The notes under the pieces: generated by a model | Seen by the model: the letters and a program-made list of their open reading frames with translations, nothing else | Told to the model about the DNA's origin: nothing | Databases searched by the model: none | Made by a program: the position numbers and the translations under genes | NCBI GenBank assembly: GCA_963767735.1 | Contig: CAVYES010000007.1 | Location: 32,001 to 96,000 of the forward strand | Source: Candidatus Bathyarchaeota archaeon | Lineage (GTDB): Archaea; Thermoproteota; Bathyarchaeia; Bathyarchaeales; Bathycorpusculaceae | Direction of reading: 5' to 3' | DNA length: 64,000 nt | Shown here: positions 40,207 through 51,067 of the stretch, one piece after another | Layout of the letters: each line of letters begins with the position of its first letter | How positions within the stretch are numbered: the first letter of the stretch is position 1

Positions 40207-40891
40207 ATGGTTCAGGGCATCTCCGTGGTTACCACGACTTTGAATGAAAGAGAAAACATTAAAGAATTAATTCTTAGAGTAAGGTCAGCGCTCAAAGATT
40301 TTCCGCATGAAATAATTGTTGTAGATGATAGCTCTTCAGATGGCACGTTTGATGTTGCTAAATGCTTTGCAGATTTGGCGGTTTCAAAAACTCGGGAAGG
40401 GCAAACTAAAGGCTTGCTGTACGGGATGAAACTAGCCAAGTTTCCAGTAATAGTAACAATAGACGCCGACTTAGAAAACAATCCAGATATTGATACCAAA
40501 CCTTGTTAACAGATTTGACGCGTTTGATTTAGTAGTAGCCTCACGAACGGTTGTCCCTAGAATTTCAGAAAGGCTAGCTTCCAAGACCCTAGGCAAAATG
40601 GTCGGGGTATCAGATTTTTTCTCAAATTTCAGAGCTTACAAAAAAGAAATCATTTCTCACTTAAGCATTAGGGGAGGAGAAACGTTTGGTGGCGAATTAC
40701 TGGTAATTGCCAAGAAACATGGCTTTAAGATTGGCGAAGTACTGTATGAGCCTCCGCCTAGGCGCAGAAACCCGCGGATTGGCGGCAACGTTAGAGCCAA
40801 CCTGAGGATAATTGCTGCTTCGCTGAAATGCTGCATTATTTATTTATTTACTCACAATCAAAATCCGCAAGAGTTAACAGTTTGCTCATAA
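40207..40891 (+). CDS. Glycosyltransferase family 2 (DPM1-like; 1-nt insertion near 40489)
   Basis: TLNERENI, VVDDSSSDGT, IDADLEN, DLVVASR. Confidence 0.85.
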
Positions 40892-40995
40892 ATTCGTGCC
40901 GAATCCAGACATGCGCTGGTAGCCCCCGTCTTCGCTGGAGACTATCTGGCTCACACTACTTCAAAGCAGAACTGCCGGTTTGGCAATCTTCCAAT

Positions 40996-41967
40996 TTATG
41001 GGTGCTCTGGAGAACTATTTTTTTCAGGAATTTTGTCGGCGAAAAGTAGTGGTATTCCAAGCAATGGAAGCGACAGTATCCACAGGTCTTCGTTGTGCCC
41101 CATGAACCACGCGTACCAGGTGCTCCAGCCTCCGAAGTAAATCCATGTCAGATAATTCCACAGGAAATACAGACCAAGAGCCAAGATGATTACCCCCACA
41201 ATCTTCAGGTTCAATTCCTTGAGAGTTTCCGCTCTTCTTGACTTTACAGTAAACCCCGCTGCATAAAAGCCTAAAGCCAACAGTCCAGCCACGGTTAAAA
41301 TAAAACTTAGAAGGTTCTGCGGGTAGGAGGTCAGGTAGGCCCAACCTTTCTCATCTATTACCGAGAGCCACAAAGTGGTGTTAAGTAGCCAATATAAGAA
41401 AACATAGAAGGTACCCGTTATCAGCCCCCACCGTATAGCGCCTTTCAAAGGTTTGTGGGGATTCAGCTTGTAAACGAGAATAAACAGTATGATGGGAGTG
41501 GCTATGGATTCGACCAGAACAGGTAGTGTATTTATGGCAAAGAAGTGCAGAAAAGACGGAGTGAAACCGTCGCGGAAGGCTGCGCTGAAAAATGTGTCTT
41601 TAACTACGTAATACCCTGTGGGAAGGAACGCCAGTAACCAATAGATTCCTTCAAAAACTAGAATCAACCGCAGTACGTTGAATGTTGCGGATTTTGAGAT
41701 GTTTCTTTTGGCAAAGTAATAGGTGATGGCGGCGAAGGCTATGATTCCAGCTGTGAACCTGAAGATTGTTCCGACTAAGCCGATGATGTCTTCAACGTAG
41801 ATATCGAACAGGAAGTGCCCTGGGTAATCGCGATTCCATTCGCCGACCCAGGACAGTGTAAACGTGTCATGCAGAGCAAACAGGAAATAGGATAAGACAA
41901 CTATGAACAACCCTATTTTCAACGGCGAATAGAATTTTTCCGCACGCATAACTTTACCAATTAGCAA
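40996..41967 (-). CDS. Polytopic membrane protein
   Basis: About 8 hydrophobic segments. Confidence 0.75.
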   Translation of the reverse strand: MLIGKVMRAEKFYSPLKIGLFIVVLSYFLFALHDTFTLSWVGEWNRDYPGHFLFDIYVEDIIGLVGTIFRFTAGIIAFAAITYYFAKRNISKSATFNVLRLILVFEGIYWLLAFLPTGYYVVKDTFFSAAFRDGFTPSFLHFFAINTLPVLVESIATPIILFILVYKLNPHKPLKGAIRWGLITGTFYVFLYWLLNTTLWLSVIDEKGWAYLTSYPQNLLSFILTVAGLLALGFYAAGFTVKSRRAETLKELNLKIVGVIILALGLYFLWNYLTWIYFGGWSTWYAWFMGHNEDLWILSLPLLGIPLLFADKIPEKNSSPEHP

Positions 41968-42209
41968 CCATAATTGTAAAGGAGTGCTTAAACTTTTCAG
42001 CAGATGCGAAAAACATTGGCTACAAAAGAAAAATTTCCATATTATTAACTATTCCAACGAGGTTTTAGCGAGCTAACTCTAAATTACTTTGTCAATTGCG
42101 GTTAGCGCAGTTACCCCCATGTTAATAAGGCTTGGCTGCCTAAGCAGATAATGGTTAACGTTAAATACCAATTAAACTTAATCATAAAAACGCACGAAAT
42201 GGATTCGGA

Positions 42210-42434
42210 ATGACTTTAACAGACAAGAAATTAACCTCGTTGTTATACTCTATTGAAGCAGTTGGCGCGGCCTTCGTAGTTCTTTTCTTAGCAGCTTACC
42301 TAGGCGGCATACCGACAACCAATGTCCTGCAGGACCAACCAGCATTCAGAATCCCCCTCCAAGTCTTCGGGGCAGCGCTTTTGATATTGATTCTGACAAC
42401 AGTTGTTCTATCATTTCTTAAAAGAAAGAAGTAA
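42210..42434 (+). CDS. Small 2-TM membrane protein
   Basis: Two hydrophobic helices and a basic tail. Confidence 0.6.
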   Translation: MTLTDKKLTSLLYSIEAVGAAFVVLFLAAYLGGIPTTNVLQDQPAFRIPLQVFGAALLILILTTVVLSFLKRKK

Positions 42435-42685
42435 AGTGTTTTCGTTAGCTTTAGGTTTAAAAATAGTTGTGGTTGCTTCGTGCAGTCACATATGCTTAAG
42501 TACATTATCTATGTAGTTTATTTATTCTATTTAGTTCAAACGGTTAGTGGTTAGGGTAAGGAGATAATGCTATGGGATGTAAAACTGCGGAAACCGAGAG
42601 CAGCCAAAAAGTGTATTTGAAAAGAGTAAGGGAAGGACCTCAAGCTAAAAACCAACCGTTCAAAAAAGGCACATTTGGAAAAGGC

Positions 42686-42877
42686 ATGCTTGACAATAAC
42701 ACTTACAACTTGATGGAGCAGCTGGAAATTGAGAACAAAAGCTTATGGCGCATACAAAACAACTATAAAAAAGATGCTTCGACAGACAATGAAAGTAAAC
42801 AACTTTGGAGTCTTATTGAAAAAAATAAGGAAGAAGTTGTGAGGCTTCTTACAGAAAAAGTGAGAGAACGACTATAA
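42686..42877 (+). CDS. Small helical (ferritin-like half) protein
   Basis: MLDNNTYNLMEQLEIENKSLWRI..YKKDA. Confidence 0.55.
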   Translation: MLDNNTYNLMEQLEIENKSLWRIQNNYKKDASTDNESKQLWSLIEKNKEEVVRLLTEKVRERL

Positions 42878-43501
42878 CATCCTCTTTATGCCATCATCAA
42901 ACAAGTACACGTTTCCAATAAACGAGTAAGCATCACACTTGTAAACAATCGCTGAACCCTCAGGCACAGCGTAAATTTTCTCCTGTCGCGACAACCTTAT
43001 TAACACACTATCTTTTTCAGGTTTATAGTGGACCTTAAGTGTAAGGTCTGCTAATCCAAGCCCATCGACAATTTTGACTTTTGAATTGCTGCGGCAAGTG
43101 ACTATGCATTTTCGGCAAAGCGCCAACGCTCCAGCACTTCTGCCCACAATTACGCCGCCGTAACTATGCAGCAAACGGTCAACGCCCATGTTTTTCAGTC
43201 GCTCAACAAGAACGCTTGTAAGTCCACCCGTTAAATAAACCAGGTTAGAATCAGCCATTTTTTCAGCAATCATTTCGTTCGAATCAGAGTATTCAATAAA
43301 GTTAACCGAGCTGGCGCCAAGACTTATAAAATAATCAACCAGTCTCTTCCTCTTTTTATAGCCTTTGTCGAATGATGCTCTTGCCCAAGAAAACACAAGG
43401 ACAACAAGAGGTTCGGCTGCATCTTGGAAAGCTCTTTCATTAACTTCTTTTGCACTTCTTTTAAATACGTTTTCTCCGCCTAGGAGGTAAAGTTTGGGCA
43501 T
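42872..43501 (-). CDS. Peptidase S51 (dipeptidase E/cyanophycinase-like)
   Basis: LYLLGG, VYLTGG, GRSAGA nucleophile elbow, VHY. Confidence 0.85.
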   Translation of the reverse strand: MPKLYLLGGENVFKRSAKEVNERAFQDAAEPLVVLVFSWARASFDKGYKKRKRLVDYFISLGASSVNFIEYSDSNEMIAEKMADSNLVYLTGGLTSVLVERLKNMGVDRLLHSYGGVIVGRSAGALALCRKCIVTCRSNSKVKIVDGLGLADLTLKVHYKPEKDSVLIRLSRQEKIYAVPEGSAIVYKCDAYSFIGNVYLFDDGIKRML

Positions 43502-43687
43502 ACAGCCAATAAATCGAAAACGCACCTTAAAAGGGCATGCTGCTTTTTATCACTGAGGCTTTTTAGGTGCTTGGGAAAAAGTATATAACGTTGTTATATA
43601 TTCCACTTTTGGCATGTCCACAATAACAAAAAATTGCCGGTTTATTTTTTGTTTGGTTGGCGTGGTATGGAGCCAAGGAGATAGAGG

Positions 43688-44830
43688 ATGAGTAAATTTG
43701 ATTACATAGAACTCAAGGCTGAATTGCTTACAAACGGAATTAATGCTACTTCAGAAGCCCTAAGAGAGTTAGGAAGCAAATACAAGGAGCAGAATCATGG
43801 TCTTTTCGGCTGGGATTTTGAGGATCACGCTGGTATAGCTTTACCGGATGATTTTGCTCTGCCAGATGGGACGATTGTTCAGTTCAGAAGAAATAGCCAC
43901 TCCAAATACTTGGTCAATCTGACAAATCATGAGTTAATATTAAACAATGGCGAAAAGGAACTGTGCCATGTTAAGTGGCTTCCTAGACCTGATTTCTATA
44001 ACCAGAAAACTACCTCCAACAACAAGATGGTCAAAATTGGTCAAATTGGAGGCGAGGATTGCCTATTCTTCTGTTACCAGAACTATTGCAGTCACTTTTC
44101 CCAAAATGAACAGTGCCTCTTCTGCAATCTAGTTGCAACCTCAAAGACTTATGATTCGGTTTTGAAAAAGAAGGATACAGAAGACATCGGAGAAGTAGCC
44201 AAAGCTGCTTTTTCTGAAGGCAAAGTAAGACATGTCCTGCTTACAGGTGGATGTTTTAGTCACCAAAGAGAAATAGAGCTTGTGTCAGAAATTGTCGCCT
44301 CAATACGTGAACATACTGGTCTTAGCAGCGTTCCCGGAACAATTCTTCCGTCACCAGCTATAAGCATGAAGGAGATACAGAAATATCACGACTCAGGCAT
44401 CAAAGCCATCGGTTTCAGCATGGAAATCTGGAGTGAAAGACTGTATCAAGCCATTTGTCCCGGAAAATCCAAAAGTGTTAGCCACGGGGCGTTTATTAAA
44501 TCCATTCAAAACGCCGTTAAAGTCTTCGGTGATGGCAACGTGTATGGAGTTTTCGTAATGGGATTAGAGCCGAAGGAAACATTCTTAGAAGGCATAAGGG
44601 AGCTGGCAGGCTTAGGAGCCAATATTGTACCTTTTGTTTGGTCACCCAATCCTGGTTCAAAACTTGAGGGACACCGAGCTCCTACCAGCAAATGGTTCGT
44701 CGAGACAATACTGGAAGCAGCTGAGATTGTTCATGACGCCAAGGTTCCACCAGGTACTGAAAATCACTGTTACAAATGCGATGGAAATTCACTGCTTCAT
44801 GATGCTCTGCGGTTGAAGGGAATAGAATAG
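43688..44830 (+). CDS. Radical SAM protein with CX8CX2C motif
   Basis: CSHFSQNEQCLFC, LLTGG, MEIW..ICPGK, VMGLEP. Confidence 0.85.
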   Translation: MSKFDYIELKAELLTNGINATSEALRELGSKYKEQNHGLFGWDFEDHAGIALPDDFALPDGTIVQFRRNSHSKYLVNLTNHELILNNGEKELCHVKWLPRPDFYNQKTTSNNKMVKIGQIGGEDCLFFCYQNYCSHFSQNEQCLFCNLVATSKTYDSVLKKKDTEDIGEVAKAAFSEGKVRHVLLTGGCFSHQREIELVSEIVASIREHTGLSSVPGTILPSPAISMKEIQKYHDSGIKAIGFSMEIWSERLYQAICPGKSKSVSHGAFIKSIQNAVKVFGDGNVYGVFVMGLEPKETFLEGIRELAGLGANIVPFVWSPNPGSKLEGHRAPTSKWFVETILEAAEIVHDAKVPPGTENHCYKCDGNSLLHDALRLKGIE

Positions 44831-44901
44831 GTCAATTCAACTTTGATAATGGGGCTGCTTTAAGAAAACTTATAAACTTTGAATTAAGTGGGTAACTCCA
44901 G

Positions 44902-45273
44902 ATGAACATGTCTTTAGATGGGTTTGTTGAATACAAGCGAAGAGAATTCTGCAAAGACGTAAAATGCCCCGTACAGATGGAGCTAAACAAGCTAACGGAG
45001 GATTCCCCAGCTTACGAACCAACAAGGCAAAAATGCAGTAACGCGTGCCTATATACCACATGGCGGTTTCATCACTGGCTCATAGAAAAAGGATATATTA
45101 TCGCAGTTAGCTCGAAACTAAAAAATAATGAAACAACAGTTTTAGCAAACATTGACAATCAACTAGTCGATTGGATTGACAGGCAAGTTCAAAAAGGAAA
45201 TTTTACGGATAGAAGTCAATTGATTGAAAATGCTATAGCTCAATACAAAAAACGGCAAGAACAAATGCAGTGA
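44902..45273 (+). CDS. Cys/His metal-binding domain fused to a ribbon-helix-helix domain
   Basis: FCKDVKCP..CSNAC..FHHWL plus VLANIDNQLVDWIDRQV..DRSQLIENAI. Confidence 0.65.
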   Translation: MNMSLDGFVEYKRREFCKDVKCPVQMELNKLTEDSPAYEPTRQKCSNACLYTTWRFHHWLIEKGYIIAVSSKLKNNETTVLANIDNQLVDWIDRQVQKGNFTDRSQLIENAIAQYKKRQEQMQ

Positions 45274-45334
45274 ATGATGTCCGCCCTCACTTCTCGATAA
45301 AAATACTTCTTATCTAAATGCTTTCATTTTCATT

Positions 45335-46108
45335 CTAACTGACCACTTTTCTGAATTGATACAATGTCGCCGCGAAGGCCAATAGGGCGATTAACCCGAT
45401 TGCGGTATACGCAGACACTAAAGTGCTCCAAGTCAACCCGCCTTGGACTAACGCACGCGTCACATTTGAAGCATAACTCACCGGATTATACCTAGAGACA
45501 GTCTGCGCCCAGGCAGGGAAGAAGGAAGTAGGGAACACGGCGCTACTCACAAAGATGAGCGGAAAGAACAGTACACCAGAAAGCGCAGAGATAGTCTCGG
45601 TTTTCCTAGTCTTCATCCCGACCGCAAGGAAGATTCCTGACAGGGCCAGCTCAAAGAATGCGGCTGTCACCAACATGAGCAGCACTCCTGAAACTCCTGT
45701 GGCGATAGTCACACCCAACACAATTGCAACGACGATTGTAATTAATGACTGGGCTACTACTACAAAAGCATCCGTTAATAATCTGCCCAGCAAGATTGCT
45801 GGTCTACTAACCTGAGTGAGCATCAGCTTCGAGAGGAACCCCGAATTCAGATCATTCGCAATCGAGACCCCGCCTTGAGGTGCGCTAATCATAGCGTTTA
45901 GCATCACTATTCCCGGCGTCAGATAGGCGAGGTAGTTCCCCGAGACACCTGGAAAGAGGCTGAACTTAGTAAGCAACTGCGAGAAGAGGAGGAGCATAAG
46001 CAAGGGCGTAGCAAGATTCGTCGCTAGCAAGGTAGGATTCCTAACAAGCTTCGTCAGATATCTAACAAGAAGCGATTGTACGTCGTAGAGTAATGCCACA
46101 TCGATCAC
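45335..46108 (-). CDS. ABC-2 exporter permease
   Basis: YLTPGIV, FPLIFVSSAVFP, NPVSYA. Confidence 0.92.
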   Translation of the reverse strand: MIDVALLYDVQSLLVRYLTKLVRNPTLLATNLATPLLMLLLFSQLLTKFSLFPGVSGNYLAYLTPGIVMLNAMISAPQGGVSIANDLNSGFLSKLMLTQVSRPAILLGRLLTDAFVVVAQSLITIVVAIVLGVTIATGVSGVLLMLVTAAFFELALSGIFLAVGMKTRKTETISALSGVLFFPLIFVSSAVFPTSFFPAWAQTVSRYNPVSYASNVTRALVQGGLTWSTLVSAYTAIGLIALLAFAATLYQFRKVVS

Positions 46109-46109
46109 C

Positions 46110-47108
46110 TCACATCAGGAAGGGCTCAGTTTCCTTTCTGCCAAGCTCCTCTGACCTAATTCTCCTGCCTGTCTGATGCAGAAAGACATCGTCTAAGGTC
46201 GGAGAGGAAATGCTGAGAAAAGCTGGGCGAATGTTATTTCGGTCAAGCAAGGTCACAACATCGGCGATTATCTCACCAGCGTTCTTCGCGTAGGCAACAA
46301 CACCCCCATCCGAATCCATGACATTAGTAACTTCTGGAATCGTTTTGAGAATCTCCTTTGTTTTTACTCTCAAAGCAGCATCCGCCCTGTCCTTCAGCGT
46401 CAGCGTAATCGTATCGCCTCCCAACGCCGCTTTGAGTTCCGAAGGAGAACCACCTGCGATGAGCTTACCGTGATCTATTATGGAGAGCGCCCGACAGAGC
46501 CGGTCAGCTTCCTCCAAATACTGCGTAGTCAAAAAGATCGTTATGCCTTCTTCCTTATTCAGTTTCTCCAGATAATCCCAGATGGCCACACGAGACTGGG
46601 CGTCAAGTCCTGTGGTCGGCTCATCCAAGAATAACAACTTCGGCTTGTGAATTAGAGCTGAAGCCAAATCCAGCCTCTTCCTCATCCCGCCCGAGTAGCG
46701 ACCTGCAGGTTTCTTTGCCACATCCTCAAGCTGCACTAGCTTCAAAAGCTCATCTACTCGATCCTTGAGAACGGGATCATGAAGCTGTTGTAAACGACCC
46801 TGAAGACGCAGATTCTCCCTCCCGGTTAGGTCTACATCCAGACTCGTCTCTTGGCTTAGAACCCCAATGGCTTTTCGGATTTCTTTTGGTGATTTGTCTA
46901 AATCGTAACCTGCTACTTGGGCGTACCCTGAAGTCTTTCTGAGGAGTGTGGTGAGGACTTTGATTGTGGTGCTTTTTCCTGCACCGTTGGGTCCCAGGAA
47001 TCCGAAGAACCCGCCTTCTTTGACGTCAAAAGATATGTTGTCGACCGCTTTTGTGCCATCGGCGTACACTTCGACGAGGTCTTTTACGGTTATGATGTAT
47101 TTGACCAT
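46110..47108 (-). CDS. ABC exporter ATPase (DrrA-like)
   Basis: GPNGAGKST, YSGGMRKRL, LDEPTTGLD, PTLDDVF. Confidence 0.93.
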   Translation of the reverse strand: MVKYIITVKDLVEVYADGTKAVDNISFDVKEGGFFGFLGPNGAGKSTTIKVLTTLLRKTSGYAQVAGYDLDKSPKEIRKAIGVLSQETSLDVDLTGRENLRLQGRLQQLHDPVLKDRVDELLKLVQLEDVAKKPAGRYSGGMRKRLDLASALIHKPKLLFLDEPTTGLDAQSRVAIWDYLEKLNKEEGITIFLTTQYLEEADRLCRALSIIDHGKLIAGGSPSELKAALGGDTITLTLKDRADAALRVKTKEILKTIPEVTNVMDSDGGVVAYAKNAGEIIADVVTLLDRNNIRPAFLSISSPTLDDVFLHQTGRRIRSEELGRKETEPFLM

Positions 47109-47212
47109 CTTATTCTACCGCCTTACGGTAAAGTTCTCCGAACACCAGGCAGATAAGCGTTCTATCGAACATGTTCGGAGAGTTTAAATTGGCGAATGTA
47201 AGGTACTCCATG

Positions 47213-47240
47213 TTAGGTCAACCTAATTAGGTTAACCTAA
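47213..47240. promoter_or_regulatory. Double palindromic operator
   Basis: TTAGGTCAACCTAA followed directly by TTAGGTTAACCTAA, between divergent genes. Confidence 0.65.
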
Positions 47241-47412
47241 ATCCGCAATAAAAATCTTTCGCAACCATCCGCACCTTCATCACGTCACGTCAAGAGCCGT
47301 TCTAACAAGCATCGGAGCAATTTTCTTTTTGTTGTCACCTTTAACGTAAAGAGCATGCGATAGGGAAGCTTTTACTGGCAGTTTAAACTATGATTTTTCT
47401 GGACGTGAAAAA

Positions 47413-48177
47413 ATGAAGAGGGATGATCTATACAGTGCGATTTTCAAGAGAAAATCAATTAGAAACTATGATTTGACCTCTCTAGATCAAAATCGTCTGG
47501 ATGAAATTTCTCAGAACCTTCGCAGTTTGAAACCAATGACCACTGAAATTAAGACAGAATTCAAAATCATTTCGCCAGATCAAGTAAAACGAGGCGTTAT
47601 GAAGAAAGCTCCCCACTATATAGCGGCATTCTCTGAAGCAAAGGACGTTTATTTGTCTAACGTGGGTTTCATGTTACAGCAAATGGATCTCTATTTTTCA
47701 GCTACTGGCTTAGGCAGTTGCTGGGTGGGTATTCCCAAGCCTACCAAAGAAGCAATAGATTCGTCGAATCTTGAATTTGTCATTTTGATGGAATTCGGAA
47801 ATTCAAGGGAAACATCACAAAGGACTAGTGTTTCGCAGTTCAAGAGAAAAGCTCTCTCGGAAATAACAAATATTAAGGGTGCTGATGAATTGCTGGAACC
47901 CGCCCGTCTGTCTCCATCAGCAATTAATTTTCAGAATTGGTACTTTACTGGTGACAAGAATTTGATTCATGCTTATTCTTTCAAACCGAGCTTATTTAGG
48001 AAGATTGCTGGGGGGAAGTATTACCCTATCAACATGGGCATTGCTGTTTGCCATTTGGATATCGCAGCCGAGCACTTTGGTAGAAAAGCTTCGATTGTGT
48101 TTGAAGAAAAGAAAGACAAGAATCCACCAAAAGAGAGTGATTACATTGCTAGTCTTGAGATTGAGAGCGCGCCGTGA
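47413..48177 (+). CDS. Nitroreductase family protein (duplicated domain)
   Basis: RKSIRNY, GLGSCWVG, ARLSPSAINFQNW. Confidence 0.88.
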   Translation: MKRDDLYSAIFKRKSIRNYDLTSLDQNRLDEISQNLRSLKPMTTEIKTEFKIISPDQVKRGVMKKAPHYIAAFSEAKDVYLSNVGFMLQQMDLYFSATGLGSCWVGIPKPTKEAIDSSNLEFVILMEFGNSRETSQRTSVSQFKRKALSEITNIKGADELLEPARLSPSAINFQNWYFTGDKNLIHAYSFKPSLFRKIAGGKYYPINMGIAVCHLDIAAEHFGRKASIVFEEKKDKNPPKESDYIASLEIESAP

Positions 48178-48475
48178 TAAACCGCTTGTGGGACGTTGTA
48201 ATATCGGAGCAACAAGAACTATGGTATCAAGACTCGAAGCCCTGACGGGAATTTCTGGTATTTAACCAGAGTTTTTGAAGCACTCGGCGCGCCAAGAAGG
48301 ACAGATAGCGGTGTCTTTGAAATTGCTAATTAAGTCTGCAAAAAATTATCTCCTTCAAAGAAGCTTTTGCACATATTTAACTCAGTGGTTCGAAAATATC
48401 AAAAGGAGGAGAATTGGAAAAGTCTTCCGATATTATAAATAGTTGGTAGCTCCTGTAACTCAATGGCGACCACCT

Positions 48476-49180
48476 ATGTTTAGACGGAGCAGGGCTGAGG
48501 AAATTGGCAGTTTTTTTGCATTAGAACTTTCTGAGAACCAGGTTGCTGTTATTTATCTTGGGGCTTCGGGAATTCTTGCAAGAACCTCAAAACTAAGCGT
48601 TCTAATCGACGCGGCAGGCTTTTTGAAGGATGATGAAACGGCGGCACTCAAAGAAGTCAACCTTCTGCTTTTTACGCACAGTCATCTGGATCATTTCAGT
48701 TCGGGCAAGACATTGAAGCTATTCAAGAAGACCAAAGCGCCCATATTGGCTGAGGCAAAAGTCGCAGACAAATTGAAAGGAAACATCCCCAGCGAAAAGT
48801 TAACCAGCGCGGTGTCTGGTCAAACGTACGTTTACGGAGACCTCATGGTAAAGGCGGTTCAAGGGGTTCACCGTGGCCCCATAATGCTCTTTCAAATAAA
48901 AATGGGGGACCTACTCGTGTTTCACGCGGGCGACTCAGGATACGTACCCCTTAAAGACTATCAGTCACAACTCGCTTTTCTGCCTACAGGCCGCTGGTCC
49001 CCAACGTCTTCCCCCGAAAACGCCTTCAAAATGGCATCTGAATTAAAACCCAACGTGGTTGTTGTCATACACGGATCCAAAGGGCAGCACAAAGAATTTG
49101 AAAACTTATTAAAGGAGAAAATGCCTCAGACAAAAGCAATCGTACCCATGCCCTTCACTACCCAAATCTTAGAAATTTGA
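48476..49180 (+). CDS. Metallo-beta-lactamase fold hydrolase
   Basis: THSHLDH, FHAGDS, VIH. Confidence 0.88.
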   Translation: MFRRSRAEEIGSFFALELSENQVAVIYLGASGILARTSKLSVLIDAAGFLKDDETAALKEVNLLLFTHSHLDHFSSGKTLKLFKKTKAPILAEAKVADKLKGNIPSEKLTSAVSGQTYVYGDLMVKAVQGVHRGPIMLFQIKMGDLLVFHAGDSGYVPLKDYQSQLAFLPTGRWSPTSSPENAFKMASELKPNVVVVIHGSKGQHKEFENLLKEKMPQTKAIVPMPFTTQILEI

Positions 49181-49227
49181 GAAATCATAGGGGTCACCAA
49201 AAAAACACTCCAAACATTTTTGCACAT

Positions 49228-49490
49228 CTATTTTGAGAGCAACTTCAGGGAAAGAATAATGATAACCGCAGAAAAAACGACTGCGAATAACGTTAGAACA
49301 ATGAAGTCGACTGCAAGACTTGTTATTCCTGTTAAGCCCAAAAGTGCTTGACGCGCAGTGTCATTTGCGTAACTAGAGGATAAATCCTAGTTACGTATTG
49401 AAGCCAAACCGGCATGGAATTTATGGGAAATAAAGAGTTGCTGGCAAAAAGCAGCGGCAAACTGATAAAGCTCATAACAGCCAACTGAAC
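49228..49490 (-). pseudogene. ABC-2 permease C-terminal remnant
   Basis: LPLLFASNSLFPINSMPVWLQ..P, then YANDTARQAL.. in another frame; N-terminus missing. Confidence 0.7.
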
Positions 49491-49726
49491 ATTCGCGCGG
49501 CGCGCTTGGAGTATTAGGAGTGAATGGTGGAAATCCAACTGAGAGAGCTCTTCAAATTGCTATTCCATTGATTGTAATTGCTTCTACTCTCTTGTTCATT
49601 GGTGTTTTCTCAATCTCCCTAATGATTTACAGGATAGGCAGAGAACCAGAATAAATTCAAGTTAGCTCTGAAATAAGCCTATGCCCACTTTAGTTCTTGG
49701 CTTTTAGCATGCGCTTTTTTCAACCG

Positions 49727-50047
49727 TTAATTAGGAAGATAGTAGGCTTTGAAAAGCGAGATTTTGTTGCTTATAATATTTGTTTTTTCTGGAACTTCCG
49801 TAGAAGCCTTATTTTGAGCGATTGGAACGTTCTTCTGAAGGTCAGAGGGTTTATCATTTCCAGATTTCACTTCTACTAATTTGCTTTCCACCTCTCTACC
49901 TGTGAATGGATCCCTTTTTCTAACTCGGAAATCAGAACATATTCCAGTTCTCTCAACTTCCCAACCTCGCACGGAATATGACGTTACTGTACAGTCATCG
50001 GCTGCTTTACCTTTGCTCGGCTGTTTGCTAGTGAAGGCGGATACCAA
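49727..50047 (-). pseudogene. Degenerate PD-(D/E)xK nuclease-like remnant
   Basis: GWEVERTG..SDF..VEVKSG..LQK pattern with aberrant ends. Confidence 0.45.
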
Positions 50048-50177
50048 CCAATACCCGATATGAGAGGGACGGACATTGAAAAAACTTTGCCAAGTCCCAT
50101 AGAGACCTAAACCGCTTCGGGCGTCAATCCAATTAATTTCGTAGGTACAACTCTAGCATGCGCGACTTCACCATCTT

Positions 50178-50606
50178 TTATGGAAGAGTGGAAGGATGGC
50201 GCCCCATGACCTCCAGAATTTCCTCGGAGATCGACTTTTTCCCAAGATTTCGCACAAAATCGGCAGCCACAACTATCCCAACCAATCTGTTTTGCTTCAA
50301 CACTGGAAGCCTCCTAATTCCATTACGTGACATCACCCTAGCAGCCTCCTTAATCGAAGCATCAGGATCAATCGTAATAAGAGACTTAGACATAATCTCC
50401 GAGATTTTGGTGTCCCCCGATAATTTTTTCGCCACAACCCTTCTAACAAAATCTCTCTCAGTAACAATTCCAACGGGCACATCCCCGTCCAAAATTACCA
50501 AACAGCCCAATTCGCAAGAACTCATTATCTCCGCCGCTTCAAAAACACTGTTATCAACACCGATTGAAACTACATCCGTAGTCATAATATCCTTTACCGA
50601 TGTCAT
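50178..50606 (-). CDS. CBS-pair protein
   Basis: VKDIMT, GIVTERD, IRRLPV. Confidence 0.9.
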   Translation of the reverse strand: MTSVKDIMTTDVVSIGVDNSVFEAAEIMSSCELGCLVILDGDVPVGIVTERDFVRRVVAKKLSGDTKISEIMSKSLITIDPDASIKEAARVMSRNGIRRLPVLKQNRLVGIVVAADFVRNLGKKSISEEILEVMGRHPSTLP

Positions 50607-50840
50607 AAGCTCTCTTAAGAAAAACCCACCTAAAAAAGATTTACAGGTCAAACATCAAAGATTCACTTATGCATAGAAATTAAGATTGCTATGTCTTTTC
50701 TGTGGGTTTTGGTCTTCCCTGAACATGTTTTAGTGCAGCTCTTTCTGGAGGCAATACAGAAGAGGATTCAACAGGCACAATAGTAGATCATTGTATCGCT
50801 ATAGAAATCTGGTTTAAATACTCAAACTCGCCCAATTAAT

Positions 50841-51053
50841 ATGTGGGGAAGTAGGTTGGAAGTACAATATGCGTGCTTCAATGAGTTCCCCGATCAATGC
50901 GCAGGATGCCCAGAATACAGTGAAATAAGGCAAGATCAGGCACCGCAAATCACTTTGCTTTCAGGGATGGGGATGACGTATTCGCCATATGCAGTGAAAG
51001 TTGTTAAAGAATGCAAGCTATATCACAAGCGTAAAGTCGAATATATGAGATAG
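50841..51053 (+). CDS. Small Cys-containing hypothetical protein
   Basis: C..CAGC..C motifs; TTTAAATA box upstream. Confidence 0.45.
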   Translation: MWGSRLEVQYACFNEFPDQCAGCPEYSEIRQDQAPQITLLSGMGMTYSPYAVKVVKECKLYHKRKVEYMR

Positions 51054-51067
51054 CAAAAACCATAGCG

